Shown one piece after another: positions 18,976 to 27,041 of a DNA stretch of 32,938 bases; the stretch's first letter is position 1; the number at the start of each line of letters is the position of its first letter. The translations under genes were made by a program, and so were the position numbers. The DNA is from a virus. The DNA is taken from the UHGV virus genome UHGV-2167056; one strand, written 5' to 3'. The notes below the pieces were generated by a model. That model ran no database searches and was not told where the DNA came from. It worked only from the letters and a program-made list of their open reading frames with translations.

Positions 18976-20639
18976 TACCAGCCCCCCCGATCAAATTCAT
19001 GATATGCCTCATCGTCATCACGATAACCGCCCTCCATTGCCCGCGACCGCTCCGGTAGCGCCTGACAGGCTGATTCATCCAGGATGAAGCCCTCCATGTA
19101 TGACGCCCGGTTTGCCATACAGAGCGCCACGGCAAAATCACCATGGCGGCGGGCGTTCGCAGCCGTTGCGTTCTGGTCCTTCGTGCGCCCCTTGTCGATT
19201 TGCGGGATACCATTCACTACCTTCACATGGCGCAAATCATCAAGCGTGGTCTGATGGCGGGCGACGAGGATATTCTGATCTTCAAACTCGGCTTTCAGTT
19301 TTGGCATCCACTCGCCGTACCACTTCGGCGACAACATCACGCAGTCGATGATGTCCGGGCCAAAGGCCAGCAGTGCGGCCTCTGCCAGATAGCCGCCGTT
19401 ACCGGTGGCGTCGAACGCCGCACCGACCAGCGCCGGAACGCGGGTCAGGATGTACATCATCACCTGTTCCTGCTGGGCATACGGCAGGTTGCGCAGCTCC
19501 ACGCGAAACACCTCGCGCTTTGCCAGGGATTCGGTGATTTCCAGCAGCACAAAGCAGGACAGGTCACCGGTGCGGGCAAAGTCTTCCCCGAAGCTGAAGC
19601 GGGAACGGGGATTTAATTTCTCTAAAAGCGGTTTTAAATGTTCTTCACACCAGGTTAAAACTTCCGATTCACGCAGCCATGCGGCACGGCTGATGAAGTT
19701 GTCCGGGGCTTCAAACGTCAGAATCGGGATGTCGCGGATCATCGCCATTTCAATAAGCGCGTGGGGGATATAGGCACCGCCGGATTTTTTCGGGATACAG
19801 CCGTATTCCTCGTCGGCATCCTCACGGGGCGGGGCATTTTTGTAGAGATCATCACGCCATTTCTGCTCGCTTTCCGGTGACCATTCCTGATCGGTGACGT
19901 AACAGATACGACGGTACAGCCCGTCCGCAATGGCATCATCCAGGGTTATGCGGTGGACGCTGTAATCCTTGCGCCCCTCGCGGGCTTCCTGAATGTACTG
20001 ATTAAACAGATTATCGACGCCGTTATGCGTGGAGATAATACGCACGCGCGCGCCCCACATAGTGAGCGCCATTGCCGCCTTGAGAAGTTCATCCAGCGAC
20101 TCGTGGAACGCGGCTTCATCAATCACCACATCCCCCTGAAGGCCGCGCAGGTTTGACGGACGGGAAGACAATGCCTGAATTTTGAATCCACTGTTCGGAA
20201 AGCGGATCATGTAGGTCAAAATTTCTTCTTTTTTATCCCGATCCCAGAATGTCTGCTCATACACATCAGCATCTGCCAGCTGGTTAAAGGCACGGGAGAA
20301 CAGCGCGCAGGCAGAAATATATTCCAGCGCCATCTCCTGCTTTGATCCCACATAAAACACATTGCGGCCACCACGACGCTTCGGTTTTGCAGCAGTAATG
20401 ACGTTACGCCCGGCTTCCGCCCAGGTAAGACCGGTGCGGCGGGATTTTTCCGCAATGCAGACCTGACTTTCATCCTCAAACCAGCGGGCCTGATAATCCA
20501 GAAACACCGGCATATCACCGGGCAAATCAAGTCTGTCCGGCACATCCACGCCCAGCAGGGCTTTTTCACCGGACAGATCAATTTTGCGGGGAGGCGTCAT
20601 TTGTATCAGTGAAGGAGACGTTTCTTTGGCTTTGTTCAT
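18975..20639 (-). CDS. Terminase large subunit (Mu gp28-like)
   Basis: 554-aa ORF; ATG overlaps the stop of the upstream 82-aa gene (ATGA). Confidence 0.85.
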   Translation of the reverse strand: MNKAKETSPSLIQMTPPRKIDLSGEKALLGVDVPDRLDLPGDMPVFLDYQARWFEDESQVCIAEKSRRTGLTWAEAGRNVITAAKPKRRGGRNVFYVGSKQEMALEYISACALFSRAFNQLADADVYEQTFWDRDKKEEILTYMIRFPNSGFKIQALSSRPSNLRGLQGDVVIDEAAFHESLDELLKAAMALTMWGARVRIISTHNGVDNLFNQYIQEAREGRKDYSVHRITLDDAIADGLYRRICYVTDQEWSPESEQKWRDDLYKNAPPREDADEEYGCIPKKSGGAYIPHALIEMAMIRDIPILTFEAPDNFISRAAWLRESEVLTWCEEHLKPLLEKLNPRSRFSFGEDFARTGDLSCFVLLEITESLAKREVFRVELRNLPYAQQEQVMMYILTRVPALVGAAFDATGNGGYLAEAALLAFGPDIIDCVMLSPKWYGEWMPKLKAEFEDQNILVARHQTTLDDLRHVKVVNGIPQIDKGRTKDQNATAANARRHGDFAVALCMANRASYMEGFILDESACQALPERSRAMEGGYRDDDEAYHEFDRGGW

Positions 20640-20887
20640 CAGGCTTTACCTGTCAGAATGCTTTTGATTCGGAACTCAAGCTCTTCAGTCATCACGTCCA
20701 CGCCACTCAACTCATCAGTGACAGCCTCTGCCAGCAGCGAATGCAGTTGTTCCAGGGATATTTCCCCGGCAATGCTGAGTTCAGTCAACTCACGACACGC
20801 TTTTATGGTTTCAGGAGGTAACTGTGTTGCAAGACTGAATGCCTTCTGATGAGCACTACTCATCAGTGAGCGGTTATCTGTTACCAC
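20639..20887 (-). CDS. Small protein paralogous to the C-terminal domain of the gp27-like protein
   Basis: 82-aa ORF from GTG, preceded by AGGAGGTGA overlapping the gp27-like stop; its stop overlaps the terminase ATG. The C-terminus AVTDELSGVDVMTEELEFRIKSILTGKA parallels gp27-like AVTDELRGVDGMSEQIEFRIRQMLLGKA. Confidence 0.55.
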   Translation of the reverse strand: MVTDNRSLMSSAHQKAFSLATQLPPETIKACRELTELSIAGEISLEQLHSLLAEAVTDELSGVDVMTEELEFRIKSILTGKA

Positions 20888-20897
20888 GATTCACCTC

Positions 20898-21479
20898 CTA
20901 CGCCTTACCAAGCAGCATCTGCCTGATACGGAATTCTATCTGCTCGCTCATGCCATCCACGCCGCGCAACTCGTCGGTGACGGCGTTCGCCATCTCTTCA
21001 GCAAATGCGGCCCGGATTTCTTTTTCACGCTTAATACTGCGCTCGGCGGCACTTTCTGCACGCTGTGCCGACAGGAGGATGTCCTTGATGAGGCGCATAT
21101 CCACATCGCTGTCGCTGTTCAGGGATTCGGTGGCGGCACGCAGACGGCGGTACATCAGGGCACGGGACATCTCCAGAATCAGTGCCGTGGTTTCACCGGT
21201 CGGCTTATCCCCCAGTTCGGCCATCATGGCTTTTGTCTGCTCGCGTAAATCACGCAGATTACGGGCAATCAGCTCATTACGGGAGGCTTCCCGGCTGATG
21301 GCCGCCGGTGAAAGCTGCTGCTCTTCCGGCAGGCCTGCCTCACGGATCAGACGGTTGATTTCCTCGCGGATCTGGACCTGCGTCAGGCGTTTTTCACGCA
21401 GCATTTCCAGCAGCGGCTTACGGATGCTGTCGGGGAGCAAATCCACCTTGCGTACACGGCCACGCGTCGGCTTATCCAT
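20898..21479 (-). CDS. Mu gp27-like protein (DUF3486; small terminase subunit candidate)
   Basis: 193-aa ORF immediately upstream of the terminase large subunit gene. Confidence 0.7.
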   Translation of the reverse strand: MDKPTRGRVRKVDLLPDSIRKPLLEMLREKRLTQVQIREEINRLIREAGLPEEQQLSPAAISREASRNELIARNLRDLREQTKAMMAELGDKPTGETTALILEMSRALMYRRLRAATESLNSDSDVDMRLIKDILLSAQRAESAAERSIKREKEIRAAFAEEMANAVTDELRGVDGMSEQIEFRIRQMLLGKA

Positions 21480-21481
21480 CG

Positions 21482-21772
21482 TTACCCCCTTGCGCGTGGT
21501 TTCTTCACACCCGGAACAGTGGCACGACCTTCCGCCACATCCTGACCCCGGCCGGTCAGTTCAGCGATGAAATAACCGTTAACAAGCGTGCGCTTACGCA
21601 CCAGTCCCTGCTCAGCAAGCCAGGCAATGTGGGTGTGAACGGTGTCGCGGGACACGCGGTGGCCGTAATCATCCAGGCAGTCCTGAAGCACGGATTCGCC
21701 CAGTTCGCCGTTGTAATCCGCCAGCGACCGCAGAATGACAAGACGCTGATCTTCAGTAATGAAATCACTCAT
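21482..21772 (-). CDS. Mu gp26-like small protein
   Basis: 96-aa ORF between the gp25-like and gp27-like genes. Confidence 0.5.
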   Translation of the reverse strand: MSDFITEDQRLVILRSLADYNGELGESVLQDCLDDYGHRVSRDTVHTHIAWLAEQGLVRKRTLVNGYFIAELTGRGQDVAEGRATVPGVKKPRARG

Positions 21773-22076
21773 TGTGTTTTTTCCTTACAGCCTGCTCCAG
21801 CAGCAGTTCGTTCTGGTGGGAGACGGATTTCAGGGTGGCATTGGTGGCCTTAAGCTCACCGCGCAGGGTGGTGATTTCGATATTGAGTCTGTTCACCTCC
21901 TGCTGCGTGGGCAGGCCGGAAATCCGGCTCTCCACCCGCTCAACCCGGTCGGAGAGTTTTTCAAAGGCCTCGCGGGGGACAAAGGTTTTGCGCATCAGCG
22001 CCATAAAGATCCCCCCGGCCGTGGCTGTTGCCGACAGGATCGGCACGACATAATCTTTAACGATGCTGACCCACAT
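21765..22076 (-). CDS. Mu gp25-like membrane protein (DUF2730; releasin candidate for the SAR endolysin)
   Basis: 103-aa ORF with an N-terminal hydrophobic segment (VVPILSATATAGGIFMALM) followed by coiled-coil-like sequence. Confidence 0.55.
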   Translation of the reverse strand: MWVSIVKDYVVPILSATATAGGIFMALMRKTFVPREAFEKLSDRVERVESRISGLPTQQEVNRLNIEITTLRGELKATNATLKSVSHQNELLLEQAVRKKHNE

Positions 22077-22284
22077 GACCGGCCTCCATGATGCTCTGGC
22101 AGTTCACACAACGGATGGCATCCGGCACGGCAACCAGACGGGCGGCCGGAATGTCACCCCCGCAGTCTGCGCATACACGCCTGCCCGGAGTCTCCTCCAC
22201 CCGGCACTTACGTGTCAGCCGGTCACAAAGGGCGCGTTCTGTTGCCCGCTCCACGACTGCCTGAGCACAATCTGAATCATCCAT
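22057..22284 (-). CDS. TraR/DksA-family C4 zinc-finger protein
   Basis: Taken from the internal ATG (MDDSDC...) at 22282..22284; contains CxxC...CxxC (CADCGGDIPAARL...CVNCQ). Confidence 0.7.
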   Translation of the reverse strand: MDDSDCAQAVVERATERALCDRLTRKCRVEETPGRRVCADCGGDIPAARLVAVPDAIRCVNCQSIMEAGHVGQHR

Positions 22285-22294
22285 ACCTTTTTCC

Positions 22295-22666
22295 TTACTT
22301 CGTCTTTCCTGCCGGAACAGCAGTCGTTCCGGCCATATCAGTAAATTCATGCTGTCGCTGTACCTCCAGACGGCGGATGCTGGCCTTGTCCACGTTGCAG
22401 TTCTTAATCACCGCCAGCAGTTGCAGGTTGTAAGTGACCGATGCGCCAAACGTGAACGGCTGCGGCACAGGAGGAACCAGACAGTCAGCCAGCCATTCAG
22501 CGGGGATCGGCACCGGCTTCACCGGCACGTATTTCACAGACGGCCCGCCGCACCCGGTCAGCCACATCATCAGGCACAGGAACAGAGGCCGCAGGCACCG
22601 TTGCCAGCGACCGGCGGACAATGCTCTGCTGTTCCTCGCTGTGCTGCATGTTCTGCTGTTTTTCAT
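22295..22666 (-). CDS. Outer-membrane spanin (Rz1-like lipoprotein); start uncertain
   Basis: Lipobox LTGC followed by a Pro-rich mature region; the ORF overlaps the i-spanin gene in another frame. Confidence 0.5.
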   Translation of the reverse strand: MKNSRTCSTARNSRALSAGRWQRCLRPLFLCLMMWLTGCGGPSVKYVPVKPVPIPAEWLADCLVPPVPQPFTFGASVTYNLQLLAVIKNCNVDKASIRRLEVQRQHEFTDMAGTTAVPAGKTK

Positions 22667-22847
22667 TCGTGGCCGCCTTACTGATTTGTGAAATGAGTTG
22701 CAGGGTGCGTTGCTGGTTTGCCAGCACCAGACGGGCTTCGTCCCGTTCACGCACAAGCACATGATTATTGTCTTCAAGACGCTGTGTCTTCTGGTGCATT
22801 CCCCATACCACGGCAGCCAGCACGCTCATCACCCCCAGCGCCGCCAT
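22497..22847 (-). CDS. Inner-membrane spanin (Rz-like); start uncertain
   Basis: N-terminal transmembrane segment (MAALGVMSVLAAVVWG) followed by a Gln/Arg-rich coiled-coil region. Confidence 0.5.
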   Translation of the reverse strand: MAALGVMSVLAAVVWGMHQKTQRLEDNNHVLVRERDEARLVLANQQRTLQLISQISKAATNEKQQNMQHSEEQQSIVRRSLATVPAASVPVPDDVADRVRRAVCEIRAGEAGADPR

Positions 22848-22959
22848 ACACCCTCCGGCAATCAGGGCCGGTAAGGGATTATTCACCGCAGCCACAGCAC
22901 ACCCCGGAGCACCACAACGACACACAACAGCGCAATCATGAGTGGTCGCCAGAAGCGGT

Positions 22960-23460
22960 TCAGACTTTCGGCAAATCGTAGCGACACAACCATTCATCCG
23001 CCGAACGGCGGGCCTCAAGACCGGGGAGTTTTACCCCCTTTGAATAAATCCAGCGGATATACTGCTTACAGGACCCGGGCATCTGCCCGGCATTGATAAG
23101 GCGCAGGAGCGTGGAGTTGCGAAAGTTCGTTTCACCGGCCCAGAAAATCCAGGAGGCCAGCGCCACCGTCTGACCACGGGTAAGCGGCACCTGAACATGA
23201 CGATCGATAGCCGCAAAGGCCCATTTCATGTCCTTTTCCAGCAGCTCCAGACATTCTTCATCAGTTTTTGTCATCCCCGGTTTCACATCCGGGCCGGTAT
23301 GGCCGTAACAGATGGTGGGGGTGCCGGTGGGATCAATGTACGTGGTGTTTTCTTTCCCTTCCCAGTAGCCGGTGTAGTGCGTGGCAATGGTGAACGTCCC
23401 GGCTCCGGCCAGAACAAGGGCAATCAGCTTTTTACGCAGGGGTGCGGGGAGTTTTGGCAT
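22960..23460 (-). CDS. lys: SAR-type endolysin (T4/P21-type lysozyme, Mu Lys-like)
   Basis: 166-aa ORF with an N-terminal Gly/Ala-rich weakly hydrophobic segment (LIALVLAGAGTFTIA) and a catalytic E-x8-D-x5-T arrangement (YWEGKENTTYIDPTGTPT). Confidence 0.85.
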   Translation of the reverse strand: MPKLPAPLRKKLIALVLAGAGTFTIATHYTGYWEGKENTTYIDPTGTPTICYGHTGPDVKPGMTKTDEECLELLEKDMKWAFAAIDRHVQVPLTRGQTVALASWIFWAGETNFRNSTLLRLINAGQMPGSCKQYIRWIYSKGVKLPGLEARRSADEWLCRYDLPKV

Positions 23461-23531
23461 TGTTACGCTGTCTCATGGTGTTCTCTGAGTCAGCGTAACC
23501 GTGGGAAAAAGTGGGCAGGATTTGCGGAATA
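23461..23531 (-). promoter_or_regulatory. Candidate late promoter / regulatory region upstream of the endolysin gene (Plys-like), with a perfect 9-bp dyad
   Basis: 71-nt gap at the position of Mu Plys. GTTACGCTG at 23462..23470 and its reverse complement at 23491..23499, with a 20-nt spacer, end 2 nt from the lys ATG. TTTTTCCC on the coding strand about 50 nt upstream. Confidence 0.35.
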
Positions 23532-23954
23532 TCAGAAAAGCCGTGGCTGCGTGCGTTCCTGATGCAGGCGACGCTGGTTGCGGATAACGGAGTAAATCTG
23601 CGTCTCTGACATCTGGTAGTGGCGGCGCAGGGTTTCAATTTTTTCGCCCTGGCTCCAGCGGGAAAAAATTTCATTATTGCGCAGTTCGGTGAAAAGGGAT
23701 TCACCGACCGGGAGATAATAACCACGCCCGCCCATGTACCCGGCCTGTGCGGCTGCAACCTTACGGGCAAGCATTCCCGCCTGAGCAGGTTCAATCCCCT
23801 GACGGTGCAGTTCAGCACTGATCACATCAACCAGGTCCCGCAGCGTGCCGGGCCAGTTCTTTTTCAGCTCATCATCAGGAATATCATCCAGACGGTCAAT
23901 CAGCGCGTGCAGCTGTTCGCTGTCACCAAACATGCTCATCTGTGTTTCAGCCAT
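23532..23954 (-). CDS. Mor/C-family transcriptional activator
   Basis: 140-aa ORF whose C-terminal half (GGRGYYLPVGESLFTELRNNEIFSRW...IYSVIRNQRRL) has the Mor/C-family pattern. It sits between gemA-like and lys, where Mu has mor and C. Confidence 0.75.
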   Translation of the reverse strand: MAETQMSMFGDSEQLHALIDRLDDIPDDELKKNWPGTLRDLVDVISAELHRQGIEPAQAGMLARKVAAAQAGYMGGRGYYLPVGESLFTELRNNEIFSRWSQGEKIETLRRHYQMSETQIYSVIRNQRRLHQERTQPRLF

Positions 23955-24024
23955 ACCCGCCTCCGGTCATCATTACACAGGGCAAGTTTAAAATAAAAAT
24001 CCCGCGCTGTGGCGGGATTTGGGG

Positions 24025-24537
24025 TTAAAAGGGGGAGGATTCTTCATACAGCCTGCAAACGCGCTCATAACTCATCACTGTACGCGCTGACATCCCCAGC
24101 ACATCCAGCATCTTGCGGCGGTGCCAGCGTTTGAGACGCTCCAGCACATCAGAGGCCAGCGCGGGGTGTTGTTCCAGCCACTGCCAGTTAGCCACACCTT
24201 CGCCGCCGTTCTGAGCGGCCGTCTGCGATTTCACCCAGCGGTTAAGGGCTGTTTCCCCGCCATCAGAGATAAAGCCCTGCCGGTGCATCACCTTCCAGAT
24301 GGCGCGAATTTTGGCGGTCACCGTACCCGGTTTTAAGGCCCGGTTAACCGGCTTCTGACGCACTTTAAAACCGCGTTTTTTGAAAACATCCAGCACGCGG
24401 GATAACTCATCCGGTGACATATCCCGGCAACTGGGTTTGCCGGTGGCTGCCAGTAGTACGGATGTGTAGGTCTCATGGTCAAGCTGTAGATCGCGTTTTG
24501 CGACATGTATTAAGGTAATCAGGGAAGCGCGATTCAT
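24025..24537 (-). CDS. gemA: GemA-like protein (Mu gp16 family, DUF1018)
   Basis: 170-aa ORF immediately upstream of the Mor-like gene, as in Mu. Confidence 0.7.
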   Translation of the reverse strand: MNRASLITLIHVAKRDLQLDHETYTSVLLAATGKPSCRDMSPDELSRVLDVFKKRGFKVRQKPVNRALKPGTVTAKIRAIWKVMHRQGFISDGGETALNRWVKSQTAAQNGGEGVANWQWLEQHPALASDVLERLKRWHRRKMLDVLGMSARTVMSYERVCRLYEESSPF

Positions 24538-24601
24538 TATCGTGTCTCCGTAACAACAGGCGGCATGGCAACGCCGCCCGGATAAAACTAAAGGTATCGA
24601 T

Positions 24602-25012
24602 ATGAAAATAGATTACGATGAAGTATTAAGTATTCTCACAACTTTTCAGGATGCTGAAACACCTTTCCTTACACTACAGGATCTGGGCATGGCTGAGGCA
24701 GAAGGAGAGGAAAAGGATAAAAAAGTTTTTCATCTTATGCTTCTCGCTGATAATGGCTCAATTGTTAATGGTGATATGCGGTCAGAAACACCAAAATATA
24801 TTGGTTTCTTTTTTCATTCTCTGGGCGTTGGTTTCAGAAACACGCCCATTATGCTTACTCAGCAGGGGCATGATTTAGCTAACGCCCTGAGAAAAAAACC
24901 AATCCTTGAAAGAATCAAAAAGGAGTTTACAGACGCGCCATTTGATCTAATCAAAGAAGTTACCAAATCAATGTTAACCAGGTTCGTCAAAGAACGTATT
25001 GGGATTGACTAA
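24602..25012 (+). CDS. Opposite-strand accessory gene, DUF2513-like small protein
   Basis: 136-aa ORF on the plus strand in an AT-rich stretch. LTQQGHDLANALR and FHLMLLADNGSI resemble the DUF2513 pattern as I recall it. Its 3' end overlaps the 3' end of a minus-strand ORF. Confidence 0.5.
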   Translation: MKIDYDEVLSILTTFQDAETPFLTLQDLGMAEAEGEEKDKKVFHLMLLADNGSIVNGDMRSETPKYIGFFFHSLGVGFRNTPIMLTQQGHDLANALRKKPILERIKKEFTDAPFDLIKEVTKSMLTRFVKERIGID

Positions 25013-25282
25013 ACAACTTAATTCAGCCAGTAATCGCAGGGCGGCGACAGCCGCCTGCTTGTCACTTCTTTTAGCTATTTCCGCAAGGGTATGCACAATC
25101 CATAACGGACTTAACGCTACGGCTGAATCCAGAATCATGTCATCCATAATAATTTCTGGCATATCCCGCTTGTCACATTCTTTATCCATAAAAGAAACGA
25201 ATTTTTCAGCATCTTCCGGTTTCATCCCTCCGGCGATAAGGATTTTGCGATATTCATAAGACGATCTTAATTCAATACTCAT
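24974..25282 (-). CDS. Hypothetical protein (AT-rich accessory gene)
   Basis: 102-aa ORF, AT-rich codon usage unlike the phage core. Confidence 0.4.
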   Translation of the reverse strand: MSIELRSSYEYRKILIAGGMKPEDAEKFVSFMDKECDKRDMPEIIMDDMILDSAVALSPLWIVHTLAEIAKRSDKQAAVAALRLLAELSCLVNPNTFFDEPG

Positions 25283-25297
25283 TATTCACCTGCCTGC

Positions 25298-25690
25298 TTA
25301 ATCTGTTTCCAGTGCTTTGCTACGAGCTATAGCCTCACATTCAAAAAATACCGACTCCGGCACGCGCCCTTTTAATTCACGAACAAGGAAGTCATTAACG
25401 CGTTCATGACGTCTTATATTTCTTTCCTTTTCCTCCTGGCGCAATACAGCAAGGCGGTATTCAACAGCCCGGCGTTGTTTCTGAAAGACAGCCAGTGCTT
25501 TTCTGGCAGCATTACGCCATGCATCATCGCCACATGGTGCGTATTCAAGCTGAAATTTAATCTCTTCAATAGTTTCTTTGATTTTTGCCAGCAAGCTAAG
25601 ACAGTCGCTTATTGTCTCCAGCTTTTCATTATCAATATAACTTCTCACGCATTCACCTCCCGTAATTCCGGTAAAGCCGAAATATGACAC
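25298..25690 (-). CDS. Hypothetical protein (charged, coiled-coil-like)
   Basis: 130-aa ORF; start uncertain (overlaps the upstream gene by 46 nt). Confidence 0.4.
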   Translation of the reverse strand: MSYFGFTGITGGECVRSYIDNEKLETISDCLSLLAKIKETIEEIKFQLEYAPCGDDAWRNAARKALAVFQKQRRAVEYRLAVLRQEEKERNIRRHERVNDFLVRELKGRVPESVFFECEAIARSKALETD

Positions 25691-25974
25691 CAGTGCGTCA
25701 CCTGTCCGTCTTCATCTTCAAGGCAGGCTCCGGTTTCTTCATCAACAAAAAAGCCTTCATACCCCATATGGCCGATGCGCAGCTCCTGACGGTGACCATA
25801 CTGAACAATCAGCACGACAGCCTCCATATCAGGTGGGAAAGCATCATTCAGTGAATGCCAGGGATAACCGCGTAAATCCCCGAAATAAACACCGGTCAGC
25901 GTTCCGCCACAGAGCGGCATTCCGGCGGCACACACAAGAGGTTCATCTGATTCAACAAATAAGGTCGTTATCAT
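25645..25974 (-). CDS. Hypothetical protein, DUF551-like C-terminus
   Basis: 109-aa ORF whose C-terminal VTHWCHISALPE resembles the THWMPLP signature of DUF551 proteins found in prophage early regions. Confidence 0.4.
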   Translation of the reverse strand: MITTLFVESDEPLVCAAGMPLCGGTLTGVYFGDLRGYPWHSLNDAFPPDMEAVVLIVQYGHRQELRIGHMGYEGFFVDEETGACLEDEDGQVTHWCHISALPELREVNA

Positions 25975-26522
25975 GGCGTTAACTCCCGTAATACAGCGTC
26001 CTCGGCAGTCCGGCGACGGTAATAAACTGCGTGAGCAGAATGTTCAGATATTCCAAACTTTTCGCCAATTTCCCGGAATGACAGACGGCGTGGGTAATCG
26101 GAATCACGCAGCGCACGTATAAGACGTACATCATCATCAGATATGCGCGTGCCGGGGCGTAACTCTCCGCACTTTGTTAATCCAGCACCAATCATTCCTG
26201 CCCGACATCTGACAGAATCTTTATTACGTCCGAGATATTCTCCCATTTGCTGGCAGGTCATTGTTCTGGCATTGTTTCGAATAAACTTATCTTCATCAGG
26301 TGTAAATCTTGGGTGTTTATATTTCAGTAACTCCGGGTATGAACTGCGCAATACACCAGTCCGGTTATATACAGCCCAGACAGTTCTTTTTATTCTGGCA
26401 GCAATATCCTTAACCGGGGTGGATGAATAAAGCGCAATCAGCAGCGCATCTTCTTCAGGTGTCCACGGACGGACATGAGCGGGGGCGCGACCTTTTCGCC
26501 CCATGGGTTGTAAAATCATCAT
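25971..26522 (-). CDS. Putative DNA-binding protein with three Myb/SANT-like helix-turn-helix repeats
   Basis: 183 aa with three repeats of the same pattern: RPWTPEEDALLIAL...IAARIKRTVWAV, then RFTPDEDKFIRNN...MGEYLGRNKDSVRCR, then ISDDDVRLIRAL...REIGEKFGISEHSAHAVY. Confidence 0.5.
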   Translation of the reverse strand: MMILQPMGRKGRAPAHVRPWTPEEDALLIALYSSTPVKDIAARIKRTVWAVYNRTGVLRSSYPELLKYKHPRFTPDEDKFIRNNARTMTCQQMGEYLGRNKDSVRCRAGMIGAGLTKCGELRPGTRISDDDVRLIRALRDSDYPRRLSFREIGEKFGISEHSAHAVYYRRRTAEDAVLRELTP

Positions 26523-26525
26523 ACA

Positions 26526-27041
26526 TCACCCCCTGACTCGCTTTTCAGCAGCATAAAACTCATCAGACAGTATTTCGGTCATTTTCTGTTTTGCGGGTTT
26601 TACGCCGCACTGAAGGTAAATCACATCGTCAACGCAGAACCACTTCACAGGGCCAAACAGGATTGCCGAGAAATCAATACCCAGCCAGAACAACAGCGCA
26701 TCGGTTCTGGCATACGTGACGGGCGAATATTCACGCCACAGACTGTTCAGTTCATCAGAGGCAACACGCAGGGTTTTAGGGATACGTGATGTGCGCGGTG
26801 TGCAGCTCCAGCCATTCGACGCAGTCGGTTTTCGCCATAAGTCGCGATGAAAAGGATATTTGTCCTCCGTAAAACGCAGTCCCTTAAAGCAAAATCCACT
26901 GATACCGGATACAAATACCGACCGGCACGCAACATTCAGCACGGCCTCAAGGCGTTTTGCCTCATCCTTAACTTTCTGGCAGTCCTGCTGGTATTTTTGC
27001 CACGCAGCCAGCGCGGAAGGGTTTGATGTTTTAAAGAACAT
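26526..27041 (-). CDS. Hypothetical protein
   Basis: 171-aa ORF; its start overlaps the upstream gene's stop. Confidence 0.45.
   Translation of the reverse strand: MFFKTSNPSALAAWQKYQQDCQKVKDEAKRLEAVLNVACRSVFVSGISGFCFKGLRFTEDKYPFHRDLWRKPTASNGWSCTPRTSRIPKTLRVASDELNSLWREYSPVTYARTDALLFWLGIDFSAILFGPVKWFCVDDVIYLQCGVKPAKQKMTEILSDEFYAAEKRVRG

Noticed and set aside
20839-21570. 243-aa plus-strand ORF antisense to the gp27-like and gp26-like genes
   Set aside because: Ser/Arg-rich low-complexity translation with no start context; a shadow ORF of the minus-strand genes.
22497-23018. Full-length 173-aa version of the i-spanin ORF
   Set aside because: Its N-terminal 57 residues are Cys/Arg-rich and overlap the endolysin C-terminus in another frame; the plausible gene starts at the internal ATG before the transmembrane segment. 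The exact start remains uncertain.
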